64,000 nucleotides of DNA, taken from an uncultured Nitrososphaerales archaeon (GTDB lineage Archaea; Thermoproteota; Nitrososphaeria; Nitrososphaerales; Nitrososphaeraceae). The position numbers and the translations under genes are program-made. The notes beneath the pieces were generated by a model, which saw only the letters and a program-made list of their open reading frames with translations, did not search any database and was not told the origin of the DNA. The stretch is taken from contig CAWJCY010000006.1 in the NCBI GenBank assembly GCA_963841565.1, positions 64,001-128,000 of the forward strand. The letters run 5' to 3'. Of this stretch, positions 52,945 through 63,409 are shown piece by piece (position 1 is the first letter of the stretch; each line of letters begins with the position of its first letter).

Positions 52945-54015
52945 TTGGAAAAAGGTTTAATGAACATATCCTCAGCAATCAAGAACTATTATTCGTATAT
53001 GAATCAAATAGTTACTATGCCTGATTTTTTTTTAGATCGAATCCTACTCCTGCAATCACAAGATGAGCTTTTTCAGTCGATCGTTAACAAGATTAGCGTA
53101 GGGGGAGGGAGTATACGTGAAATTCCAACGGTCGACCGAAAAGGAGGAAATGCGGCCAACATTGCCTATAGTATTGCTAAGCTGGGAGGAAAAGTCGCGT
53201 TTTTCACCGTGGGAGATAAGATTGCGAGATCTGTGATCGAAACCACATTTCAAAAATTTGGAGAAAATGTAGAAATTATGATCTCTGAGGGGATACAAGG
53301 AAAAACCACCTCGATGGAACTTTATGAAAATGTGCAGGGCGATTCTAAAGTTAATGTTATGCTAAGTGATGTTGGAGATAATGCGGACTTTGGGAAAGCA
53401 AGAGTAAACACAGAGAATCATATGAAAATATTAAGTAGAGCTGACGCTGTCATCGTTGCGAATTGGGCAAGCAATTTAAAAGGAACTGAATTAATGAAAT
53501 TCGCATTTGAAAGCTCGCCAAAGGCTCTACATTTCGTTGAATCCAGCTGATTTTGAACTTAGGAAGGAAGAATTTATCGAAATTCTTGCTCTCTTGTCAA
53601 ATCAAATAGATGTGCTTAGTATCAATGAGAATGAATGTAACACGCTTGGATCATCATTGGGATTAGGTACCTTGTTACCCTGGCAATCGTATTCAAGACA
53701 AGAGATCAAGGACGCTCGCTAAAGCTATCTGAGAAAATAGGAATAAGTATTGACATTCATACTAAATTAGGATCGGCTTGGTCAAACGGGAAAGATAGTG
53801 AAATGGTTCCAACAATCAGAAGCGAGATCAGAACCCTGACTGGAGCGGGAGACGTATGGGACACGGCCGATGTCGTTGCATATCTTGCAGGTCTGGATCC
53901 TATAGACAGGTTAACGTTCGCAAATGCCGCATCCTCCCTTTATGTCCGTAATCATTTTGCCGAGTCACCAAGCCTTGAGGAAGTTGTTGAGTTACTGGAT
54001 AGAATCAACATGTAG
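52945..54015 (+). CDS. PfkB-family carbohydrate kinase; two frameshifts (~53540, ~53718; probable errors)
   Basis: GGNAAN, (D)PAD, SINENE and TGAGDVWD distributed over three consecutive frames. Confidence 0.85.
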
Positions 54016-54154
54016 GCCTTTTTGCAAATTATTTTGACAGTGACTTGTTAATCGAGAGTTAAAGAGAAAGTCATTAGCTACTCAAAGGGATTGTAATAGA
54101 GGGGTCTACTAATATAGATTCGGTTATATAAGTATCAATTTATTTAGCAGGTTA

Positions 54155-54475
54155 ATGGCTCCTCCGCCTATCGATGCATCAGAATTCGAAGCGCATAAAG
54201 ACCTAAACCGAATCGTAGTAGATTTCCTGTGTCGAAATAGCGATAAGGCATTTTCGGTAAAAGAAATTGCAGAGTTTACTGGCATTAGAGAAGAAGACAT
54301 TAATTATCTGATGCTTAAACTGTCGTTTCAGGACGTAATCAGCAATTTATCTGGCATTATTGTACATAGAAAGGTTAGTAGGATTGGTAACCTCCGCCCA
54401 ATAAGGATAGAAGATGTCACAATTGATGGAACAATATATTATAGATGTGTAAAATTGGATGCTAAAAAATCATAG
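54155..54475 (+). CDS. Small winged-helix-like protein
   Basis: IVVDFLCRNSDKAFSVKEIAE...GTIYY; TTATATAA upstream. Confidence 0.65.
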   Translation: MAPPPIDASEFEAHKDLNRIVVDFLCRNSDKAFSVKEIAEFTGIREEDINYLMLKLSFQDVISNLSGIIVHRKVSRIGNLRPIRIEDVTIDGTIYYRCVKLDAKKS

Positions 54476-54562
54476 CCTGCCGAAGTGTCCTGTTGTCAAG
54501 TGATTTTTCAATAACTTCCCTCGAATTGATAGAAATTGAAGGCCTGAGATATCTTCTCTGAA

Positions 54563-55837
54563 GTGAGGTTCTCCATCCTGGAAAAGACCGTTCCTTTGAT
54601 TGATCAACAAGCTGGTATTAAGCACTATTGTACTGCGTTTAATGGTATAGGCGGAAAGATCAAACAAAATCCAGAGGATTTTCTAGTAAAAGAGATCCTA
54701 AATAAACAATACCTTGAAAACTTGTCGAAGAATTCATCCTCTGGCCATCGCTTTCCAGTTTTTATTCTAAAAAAGCATAATATCGATTCCAACCACGCTA
54801 TCTTCGAAATACGTAACCAACTTAACTTGGAACTAAGAGTCCTCGGCATAAAAGATGCCAAGGCCAGCACGATGCAATATGCCACCACAATTCAGAATAC
54901 ACGAAATCTACCCCCAAGGGCCAAGACTAACCACACTGAAATTTGTCTTATAGGATACAGCAGTATACTACTCTCAAAATCAGATCTTTGGGGAAATCAA
55001 TTTACTGTTCTGATATTTGAACCCAAGAGCGCAGATTTGACTGATTTTCTACCTGAAATAGATCATATAGCTAATTTCTACGGTCTCCAGAGGTTTGGAA
55101 GTGAAAGGATGGTAACTCATAATGTTGGAAGGGAAATACTTAAGGGGAATTTTAGACGAGCATCTGAATTGCTCCTAACTGAGACTACCAGATATGATAC
55201 CGCATATAGCAGAGAGATCAGAGAGCAATTGTCTGACCCAAGCAACTACTACAAACTCATGGCTCTTTTGCCTAAGGGCATGGATATCGAAAGAGAAATA
55301 GTGCGATCGTTACTCTATAAGAGAGACTATATTCGTGCGCTAAGGGCAATCCCCATTGGAATTCGACGGTTGTACGTCCAGGCCTATCAAGCCTATATAT
55401 TCAACCTTTGTATGAGCGAATCTCTATCTTGCGGTGAGGATATAGCGAAATGTAGGGTTGGTGACTTGTGCTTTGAGATCGAAGGTAATGATGTACTTGG
55501 AAAGATTAGGAAACTAAACCCCACCATTGATACCTTTTCTACAGTGCTTCCCGCGGTACGACTTGTAGGATATTCGTTCCAGACCGGAAAAGGACGCTTC
55601 GAATCTATTTCACAAAAAATCCTCAAAGAGGAAGGACTGACACCAAGAGATTTCTACATTCGAGATATGCAGGAGCTTAGCGCTAAGGGCGGATTCAGAC
55701 AATCGGTTCTTTGGTGTAAGGGATTTAATCATTCTGGATCCCTACACATCAGTTTCAAATTGCCTAAGGGCTCCTATGCCACTACCCTCTTAAGAGAAAT
55801 TATGAAGCCAGATTCCCCGATCGAAGCTGGTTTCTGA
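54563..55837 (+). CDS. truD: tRNA pseudouridine(13) synthase TruD/Pus7
   Basis: PEDFLVKE, GIKDAKA, NFYGLQRFG, AYQAYIFN, FKLPKGSYATTLLRE. Confidence 0.95.
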   Translation: MRFSILEKTVPLIDQQAGIKHYCTAFNGIGGKIKQNPEDFLVKEILNKQYLENLSKNSSSGHRFPVFILKKHNIDSNHAIFEIRNQLNLELRVLGIKDAKASTMQYATTIQNTRNLPPRAKTNHTEICLIGYSSILLSKSDLWGNQFTVLIFEPKSADLTDFLPEIDHIANFYGLQRFGSERMVTHNVGREILKGNFRRASELLLTETTRYDTAYSREIREQLSDPSNYYKLMALLPKGMDIEREIVRSLLYKRDYIRALRAIPIGIRRLYVQAYQAYIFNLCMSESLSCGEDIAKCRVGDLCFEIEGNDVLGKIRKLNPTIDTFSTVLPAVRLVGYSFQTGKGRFESISQKILKEEGLTPRDFYIRDMQELSAKGGFRQSVLWCKGFNHSGSLHISFKLPKGSYATTLLREIMKPDSPIEAGF

Positions 55838-55938
55838 GCTAAGCTGATACAAAAATTAGTCTCTACAGCTCCAACCGCAATGACTGCTAGACAAGGGATA
55901 GAGTATGCTAACCTTCATCTGAGGTTTTAGCACAAGTC

Positions 55939-56426
55939 CTAATTGGTTCTAACAAGTTTTACTATTCTTATCATGACGTTAATAGTAATGGCTGAAAGCA
56001 TCCACGACAATATAGTACTTAGAATAGCTGTCTGATACGGAGATATTATAGCTCAGCTGGAGGAGCTGATAAAGGATCAGAATTTTTGAGGTGGAATAAA
56101 TTATTTCAGAAACTGAAAAAGTAGCAATAAGCTTCTTTATATCGCTTCTTAACTTGTGTGAATCTCTCTTTTTTGTAACCGGATCAAGATACCTGTTTCT
56201 ATTGTCGATATAGAAAAGTACTCCGAATATTGGAAAGAATACACTGTACTCAGTCGCTATTGAGACAAAGGAATTTATGAGATTGCTTCCACCTGTCTGT
56301 GAGTACCAGCTGAGTAACTAGACTACCAACCAGAAGTGATGAAATGCCTGCAATTATTAGATTCTTGTTGAAATACAAAACTTCTTTATACTTCAAGTAA
56401 AGATCGTAGATGCGCTGGTTACTCAT
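55939..56426 (-). CDS. Four-TM membrane protein (GtrA-like); two single-base insertions (~56307, ~56054; probable errors)
   Basis: Removing 1 nt at each site gives MSNQRIY..FNKNLIIAG..VTQLYSQTGG..EYSVFFPIFGVLFYIDNR..DIKKLIATFSVSEIIY..SPYQTAILSTILSW..NVMIRIVKLVRTN*. Confidence 0.7.
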
Positions 56427-56935
56427 TGGATGTTCCTTAACTAAGTTATCTAGCCTTTTCAATTATATATTCTATTCGTGTTAAACCTGTAACAAAGAGA
56501 TATAGATGCTCCAGAATATTTCAATTGTGATAAACTTGCTTGAAAAAATCTTTTAGGCAAAAGACGCAAATCACATCATGATTTTTGAGAAGAAAGTTAT
56601 TTCCATTTAAATATAATAGTCTTTAAGAAAAAAAATGACTGCCCCCCATGAAAATTGGGGAATCACCAATAACTCACTGGCTCAAAGTAAGGAGCAAGTG
56701 CTTAAATCGGAGAAATCCTTAGTGAGGCCTTCAGATTATAGAAATCGTCTTGCCAGTTCAGCGAGGACAATCTTGCTAACAATTTTGGGATCTGCCAAAC
56801 TAATTAATCATGCATTAGATTCGTTGTTTTAGCGGATCATGTATAAGTGGGAATCAACGGAGGAATCAACTTGATTTACAGGATTAAATAAGTTTTAGAT
56901 TTTACGACAAAGTAAAATTCAAAAAAAGGGCACAC

Positions 56936-57829
56936 CTACTTTATCTTGTCAAACTTCTTCATAACATAGGGCAAATTATCGATAAGATCAGTTGCTAGGA
57001 GATGCAAACCTAGTCTTTTAGAGGCTCGCAATGCAGCTAAGCCATTTAGGTAAACGCCCGTGATAGAAGCATGAAATGGATCCAATTTGGTGAGAAGCCC
57101 TCCTACCAGTCCTGACAGAACATCTCCAGTTCCTCCCACAGTCATTGCTGGGGTACTGCGTTTGATCACAGATACATGTCCGCCTATTCCGCTTGCTATT
57201 ACATTATATTCACCCTTCAAGATTATTGTGATGCCGTATTTTTCTGCCATTTCAACCACAACTGATATTAAATTCTTGAGGCTTGCCTTCTTTTGAGTTA
57301 GAAACGAGATAGAGCTTTCTGTTGAGAACAGGCGATTGAATTCTCCAAGATGAGGGGTGATTATTGTATTGGTTCCTGTTATATGTTTTAGAACATCTGG
57401 GATTAACGCTGAAGCGTCAAGGAGGAGTTTGGTGTGCATTCCTTTAAGGTCATTTATCAAGTAAGCCAGCCCCTTGACCTGGGCTATGTTCAATCCCATC
57501 CCTATGGCCGCAGCATCTGGTTTCTTTGGAAGAACATGAAGGATTTCTCTTGCAGAAGTGATATCCAATGAATCGGGTGAGAAAGGAAGTACAATAATGT
57601 TCGGAGAATAGGACCTTAGAGCTAGGACGTTTCGTTGTGGTACACAAGTATAAACAAGGTCGACCCCTGATCTGAGACCGGCCATCGAACTCAATAACGG
57701 GGCACCATGGTATATGTCGCTTGCCCCAACTACGAGCAAGATCCCGTTCTCGCCTTTTCGAGAAGACAAGGATCTGGGAACCATCGTTTGGTTAACGAGC
57801 CGGTCATTAATGATAATTCTCTTTGACAT
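56936..57829 (-). CDS. nnrD: ADP-dependent NAD(P)H-hydrate dehydratase (YjeF C-terminal)
   Basis: SRKGENG, YHGAP, LDASAL, TPHLGEF, MTVGGTGDVLSG. Confidence 0.93.
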   Translation of the reverse strand: MSKRIIINDRLVNQTMVPRSLSSRKGENGILLVVGASDIYHGAPLLSSMAGLRSGVDLVYTCVPQRNVLALRSYSPNIIVLPFSPDSLDITSAREILHVLPKKPDAAAIGMGLNIAQVKGLAYLINDLKGMHTKLLLDASALIPDVLKHITGTNTIITPHLGEFNRLFSTESSISFLTQKKASLKNLISVVVEMAEKYGITIILKGEYNVIASGIGGHVSVIKRSTPAMTVGGTGDVLSGLVGGLLTKLDPFHASITGVYLNGLAALRASKRLGLHLLATDLIDNLPYVMKKFDKIK

Positions 57830-58265
57830 CGGTCTTACTCCTTTTATCATTCATCGAAAAGCATTCCCTCTTTAAATAGCTAGTATCTAGTGCCATCGAT
57901 GAGCGACCTATCAAAGTTAGTTCGATTCCTTTTGTGAATATATACTCAATATCCATTTCACAAGTCTGCATCGAATATGTAGTCATGTCTACTTCTTGGG
58001 ATAACAAGAGCTTGTCATCTGGTCATTGATAAAACCATCAAGGCAATTGTGGATACGCTTCAAGTCTAGAATTAACACTCAAATACCATAGTGTATAGGT
58101 GAAGGTTCCAATGATTCCGGGGCTAAGGCGATCAACCTTTCGTCTAAAGTGATCTAACCACGATCCCAATTGATTCTCTATTTTGGCTCGTAAAGGAACA
58201 CAAAATGATTTAAACTATTTGACTGCGCTGAACATATAGTCTTAGTCTTGGATTTAACGCATAGC

Positions 58266-58493
58266 ATGTTTTCCTCTGGACCTGAACTAGGCCTTGCTGG
58301 GATGCAACGCATTATTAGAAAATCAGGTGCAGAAAGGGTGAGTGACGATGCCGCTAACGAACTACGTACGGTTTTAGAACAAATAGCTGAAAAAATTGCT
58401 AAAAGTGCAGTTGAGTTGTCACTACATGCGGGTAGGAAAACAATAAAACCTGAAGATATTCGTCTGGCTACCAGAAACGTACTTAAAATGTGA
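58266..58493 (+). CDS. Archaeal histone (HMf family)
   Basis: ELGLA..RIIRKSGAERVSDDA..HAGRKTIKPEDIRLA; ATG at 58266. Confidence 0.94.
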   Translation: MFSSGPELGLAGMQRIIRKSGAERVSDDAANELRTVLEQIAEKIAKSAVELSLHAGRKTIKPEDIRLATRNVLKM

Positions 58494-58706
58494 AACAAGT
58501 CGTCGGAACCCTTTTCAGTTTTCTTCAGCAGAGGATCTTAACTGTTGATGTTAAACTATCAACAAGGAAGGAACGTACAGTTGACACATGCCAAATCTTT
58601 TTAACAAGTTACCTAATGCTTACCCTGTATCAATCCATTGAAGTAAGATAGCTCTAGATTCTAAAATGTTAAACTTGATAAGAAAGGGTTTGTCATAATA
58701 TAAAGG

Positions 58707-59495
58707 GTGAGAACCTACCCTCTATTATGTGACGCGCACGTTCATCTAACGGACCCGGAATTTTCTTCATATTTGGAGGAGATACTATCGAGTATTAGAA
58801 CAATGAAGATGCACGTATGTTCAGTGTCAGTAGATATCAATTCAACTATCAATGGAATCAAATCCTTTGGTCAATCCAACAATGACATAGTAACTCAATT
58901 CATAGGAATTCATCCACAATTTGCTCATGAAGCCGATATTGGAAAATTCCTAGAGATATATTCTGAATATTCAGATTCGATTGGAGGGATAGGAGAAATT
59001 GGACTCGATCCGACGTACACACTAACTAAAGGGAATTCATATCAAGAGCAAAGGCATGTGTTCCAAGCTATGCTCAACCTTGCAGAAAAGTCGAAGAAAC
59101 CAGTATCTATCCATTCTAGAAAATCTCTCGACGATATTTTAGATTTAATAAAATCTTACAACTTGGCCAACCTGCTCTTCCATTGGTTCTCCGGTAATAA
59201 GAAACAATTGCGCGTTTTAATGGACATGGGTGCGTATGTCTCTTATGGTCCCCCATTAGTATTTTCTGAAGACAAACGAGTTCTTCTAAAGAATACTGAC
59301 AAAGACAGGATTCTTATTGAGACAGATGGACCCGTTAGGTACCCCAGATGCTTCACAGAATTACCTGCATTGCCAACATCATTCCTGGTAACCGTGGCTA
59401 ACGCCGTTGGAGAAGCTCTAGATATATCTTATTTAGAAGCAATTGAATTCATCGCTTTGAATACTGAGAATTTTTTGCGCAAGAAGCTGAGGTAA
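58707..59495 (+). CDS. tatD: TatD-family deoxyribonuclease
   Basis: DAHVHL, GIHP, IGEIGLD, IHSR, FHWF, IETDGP. Confidence 0.92.
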   Translation: MRTYPLLCDAHVHLTDPEFSSYLEEILSSIRTMKMHVCSVSVDINSTINGIKSFGQSNNDIVTQFIGIHPQFAHEADIGKFLEIYSEYSDSIGGIGEIGLDPTYTLTKGNSYQEQRHVFQAMLNLAEKSKKPVSIHSRKSLDDILDLIKSYNLANLLFHWFSGNKKQLRVLMDMGAYVSYGPPLVFSEDKRVLLKNTDKDRILIETDGPVRYPRCFTELPALPTSFLVTVANAVGEALDISYLEAIEFIALNTENFLRKKLR

Positions 59496-59793
59496 AAGTT
59501 TTCCCAAACACTTGCTTTGTACTGCTTTTATGCTTACAGTTTAGCGTGTTTTACTCCGTAAGTTATTCTGCATAAATATTCAATTTCTCAATGATTAGAA
59601 TGAAATGCATGAAGAATACGTACAAAGCCTGTTGCATGATTGATGATTTCAATTGCTCGCTAAGATTCCATGTCAAAATAGCAGGAAACTAAGTTACGCT
59701 GGATAATAATCAATTGGTCTGTAGGCAACTAGTACGATGAAATATTATCAATAAAATTGATAAAGTCCATTACCAGATAATTCAGGATGAATC

Positions 59794-60588
59794 ATGAAAG
59801 TAGTGCTGCTTGCAGGTGGTAGAGGCACAAGGGCAAGGCCATTTAGCGATTTTGTTCCTAAATCAATGATCCCTATAGGAGGAAGACCTGTTATAGATCA
59901 CGTTGTAAGATATCTTGCACGGTTCGAGACTATAGACGAAATTCTAATCGTGTGTGAGTTTGATTCTTTTGGAAGCCAAATCATAAACTATTTCGAAGGA
60001 AAAGGGAGTATAATCCTCAAGAAGATTTCGTTCATTGAGGACAACAAGAGTGGGACTGGTGGAGCAGTCTTAAGAGCGGAGGATTCGATAAAAAATGGAA
60101 GCGAACCGTTTCTTGTTTGGTTTGCAGATAATCTTTGTGCGTTGAATTTGAAGGAGTTAGTCAGCCGTTATCATACATTGAAAATGCAGCTTGAGAGCGG
60201 CAAAGAAATCACAGGGATTCTGGTAACCAGAAAGCATCGGTATGAAGAAACTGGGAGAGTCACCGTCAAAGCTAAAGAGTGCAACAAAATAGAAGAATTT
60301 ATTGAAAAGCCAGTCGCTGAACTAGAATCACCCGAAGCGCTTGGGATTTATCTATTTAGTAAGGTAGTATTCGAATATTTACATCAGCAACAAGAATCTA
60401 TTATTCAAAACAAGCAAACCAATAGCTTTAACCTGTCGCATGATGTCTTGACACACTTGCCCTCGAAAGGAGCTAACCTTTATTCTTACAGTCTGGGTGA
60501 CAACACAGATTGGATAGATATCGAATCACCGGTTTATGCGGACAGGAATAGCAAGATTATTAGTAGAATCATAGATCAGATGAGCTGA
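59794..60588 (+). CDS. Sugar-phosphate nucleotidyltransferase
   Basis: LAGGRGTRARP..PKSM, GTGGA, FIEKP, WIDI. Confidence 0.9.
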   Translation: MKVVLLAGGRGTRARPFSDFVPKSMIPIGGRPVIDHVVRYLARFETIDEILIVCEFDSFGSQIINYFEGKGSIILKKISFIEDNKSGTGGAVLRAEDSIKNGSEPFLVWFADNLCALNLKELVSRYHTLKMQLESGKEITGILVTRKHRYEETGRVTVKAKECNKIEEFIEKPVAELESPEALGIYLFSKVVFEYLHQQQESIIQNKQTNSFNLSHDVLTHLPSKGANLYSYSLGDNTDWIDIESPVYADRNSKIISRIIDQMS

Positions 60589-60931
60589 TAATTCTCCCCG
60601 GTTACGTAGCCAAGAGGCTATTTTACTGCTTTCACTATTTGATCACAAATCGAGTCAGCAGCCCATTTGATTGTTAACCACGAAATCCCTATATCTTGTC
60701 TTGAAGGAATTCTTTTTGCTGAAAAAGCCTACTATCTTTCATTCTCTTTCGATATTGAACCTCTTGATTTAGAAGTTTGGAGGCTACGAACTATCGTCTC
60801 GATCAGACTAAATCATAAGACGCGTAATCTTGGTTGAATTCGTGAGCCTAATCACGAAAAGCAAATTTAAGGTAGTATAGACAGCTCAGGATATAAAGGA
60901 CAAAGAGATCATAGAAAGATAATAAACATAC

Positions 60932-61651
60932 TTGGACCACTTGGGATACTACAAAACATTGGGAGTTTCAGAGGATTCTAGCTATCATGACATCAGAAAG
61001 GCATACCGCCGGCTGGTCAAGAAGCATCATCCTGATAGAAACACATCAAGTCATTCAGGTGACATGATTAAGAAAATCAACGCAGCCTTTGAAATTCTTT
61101 CAGATAAAGACAAGAGGAAACAGTATGATGTAATAAGTCCTATTCGAAATAGCGATTTATTTACTGAGACTAAAGTAGCCAAGAAAAATCAGCAACCTCA
61201 TGATAGCTTCAGAAACCCAGCCGCAAAGCCTAGAAATTCCCACGAGTCCACATTTTATCCTAATCATAAAGAAAATCAAGAAACTACAGAAAATGAGTAC
61301 AAGGAATGGAGGCACGAGATATTTGGGGACAGACAGAGCACAAGAATCAGAAAGGATCCGTCTGTGACCCTAGGCGTATCAAAGGTTGAAGTTGATGATG
61401 AAGAGAACTCGAAGCCACATTCACGCTTCAACATATCAGTAGAACCTACACTATGTATGGCGTTCGGAAGCTGTGAAGTATTGGCGCCTAAAGTTTTTGT
61501 GTTGGAAAAAAACAAGATCATAAATCCTAAAGTCAGAATTGAATCAGAGGACGGTGCTCCATTTGAAGATATATTATCTGCGGCAGAAACCTGTCCTACT
61601 AAGGCTATCAGAATTATTGATAGAGACAATGGTGAGCAGGTGTTCCCATAG
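60932..61651 (+). CDS. DnaJ-ferredoxin fusion protein (DnaJ-Fer)
   Basis: J-domain with HPD; C-terminal CMAFGSC...CPTKAI ferredoxin. Confidence 0.92.
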   Translation: MDHLGYYKTLGVSEDSSYHDIRKAYRRLVKKHHPDRNTSSHSGDMIKKINAAFEILSDKDKRKQYDVISPIRNSDLFTETKVAKKNQQPHDSFRNPAAKPRNSHESTFYPNHKENQETTENEYKEWRHEIFGDRQSTRIRKDPSVTLGVSKVEVDDEENSKPHSRFNISVEPTLCMAFGSCEVLAPKVFVLEKNKIINPKVRIESEDGAPFEDILSAAETCPTKAIRIIDRDNGEQVFP

Positions 61652-61825
61652 CATTTGTTCATTTAGATGAGCCATTTATATCACAAGTGTAAATGTCCAG
61701 ATAGAATCAGTAGAAGACAATCTATTCTAAATTAGCCAATTTTTGCCCATCAAGTCGGCAATCTACTCCAGCTTAAAACGAAATGGAATGACATACATAT
61801 ATTTCTGTAACTCGAATATCAAGAG

Positions 61826-61990
61826 GTGAGTCTTTCAAGCAATAATGTCACCTCGATTATTGCCTTAATCATGTTAATACTTTTAGTCGCAGTGTCATTC
61901 TTTGTACAGACTCATTTCCCAAATCCAATTGCACAACAAATCAGAGAACAGACACAATTCTTTGATCAAGATAGAAGTAATCTAGGATAG
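61826..61990 (+). CDS. Putative single-TM microprotein (54 aa, below ORF-track cutoff)
   Basis: Manual translation MSLSSNNVTSIIALIMLILLVAVSFFVQTHFPNPIAQQIREQTQFFDQDRSNLG. Confidence 0.45.
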   Translation: MSLSSNNVTSIIALIMLILLVAVSFFVQTHFPNPIAQQIREQTQFFDQDRSNLG

Positions 61991-62572
61991 ATAGCTCTTG
62001 ATAGGACTCGTCCCAATAGTGCGGTATATGCCTATTCACGTACCAAACAATCATTAAGAGCTTTTTACTTATTCGTTTCTATCTTCCTATCGCGAACAGC
62101 ATTGGGTCAAAAGATCTGAATTATCTTCAGTTACTCTAGAAAGAGACCTCCAAATCACGTGCTAGCACCATTTTTTGTCGCTGAATTAGATATGATTTCC
62201 CAAACTAGCTCTATTCCTATCTTTGGTAACAGAGTCTTTTTTTAGTATGCATCGTCAAATATGGATAGAATTTAGTGTCCAATCCCAATATTATTGCGTT
62301 GCCAAAAAGTTCAATTCTTTAAAATTGTAGCAGTAGTACGGTGAAGCCGCAAAAATCAGAATGGATGGAAGTGGGAGTTGCATGAAGCTTCAAGCAAGGA
62401 AATAACCTCTTCTTGCCAATCTTCCTAACTGCTGCTGATGACGACAAATAGAATTTGATGAGACGCTTATCGCCTGCATTCAAGAGTGTTAGATTGCAAT
62501 TAGAGGCTTCACTTTGAAACAAACCCCCCTCGTAAATGTCATTCAATCCATAATAAAGAAAATTTGTGAAGA

Positions 62573-63409
62573 TTAGTGGCTAGTAAATGCAAAAAGATTT
62601 TTCTTGTAGACATCTGTTCTTCTGTTTTTTAGAAGTGGCAGCTTTCCTCTCACTTTTATGATATCTGATTTCTCTAATTCCACTACCTCCATTCCTTCTT
62701 TATTGCCCATATCTAACAAGACAGTCCCAAAGGGATCAACTACCATACTTCTACCAGTATATATGTTTCCTATCTGATCTGGCGCAATTACATAGATGCC
62801 ATTCTCAATTGCTCTGGCCTTTATGAAAGTCTGCCAATGTTCTTCTTTCATGATCCCATGCACCCATGCTGAAGGGATAACCAGAAGCTCTGCACCCAGC
62901 ACGCTCAGTATCCTAGACACTTCAGGAAAGCGGATGTCGTAGCAGATCATGAGGCCAATTTTTGCAGCTTCGAATTGAAAAGGTTTCTCAATGCTATTTC
63001 CGGCTTGAAATTTATCTGATTCTCTAAATCCCAGCGCGTCGTATAAATGAATTTTTCTGTAACGAGCCATGATCATTCCATCTTTTCTGATTGCAACTGC
63101 AGAATCAAAGACTTTGTTCTTGGTTCGAGCCTTTTCATAGATCGTACTTATAATATCAATTTCATTTTCTTTTGCGCATCGGCCTAAAGTCTTTACAAAA
63201 TTACCAGTATTTACTGCTTCAGAGATCTCGCTCAATTCAATGGGTTTTTGATCTGATGGAGAAAAACCCATTTGAAATTCAGGGAAACATATGATCTGTG
63301 CATTTTTATGACGAGCTTCTTTAATGTAGTCTTCTGATTGTGCCAAGTTCTTCTTCTTGTCTGTATCCGACTTCATTTGCACGACTGCTATCCGACACAA
63401 TTTGCTCAT
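62573..63409 (-). CDS. Carbon-nitrogen hydrolase (Nit1-like amidase)
   Basis: FPE, YRKIHLYD, ICYDIRFPE, ARAIEN. Confidence 0.92.
   Translation of the reverse strand: MSKLCRIAVVQMKSDTDKKKNLAQSEDYIKEARHKNAQIICFPEFQMGFSPSDQKPIELSEISEAVNTGNFVKTLGRCAKENEIDIISTIYEKARTKNKVFDSAVAIRKDGMIMARYRKIHLYDALGFRESDKFQAGNSIEKPFQFEAAKIGLMICYDIRFPEVSRILSVLGAELLVIPSAWVHGIMKEEHWQTFIKARAIENGIYVIAPDQIGNIYTGRSMVVDPFGTVLLDMGNKEGMEVVELEKSDIIKVRGKLPLLKNRRTDVYKKNLFAFTSH

Noticed and set aside
58266-58493. Histone as a novelty
   Set aside because: A single-fold HMf histone without tail is already known in Nitrososphaerota
912-61662. Many antisense or overlapping ORFs in the track (e.g. 912..1166, 18991..19458, 48613..48999, 61276..61662, 30471..30662, 51452..51778)
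   Set aside because: Shadow frames of well-supported genes or tRNAs, with no motifs of their own
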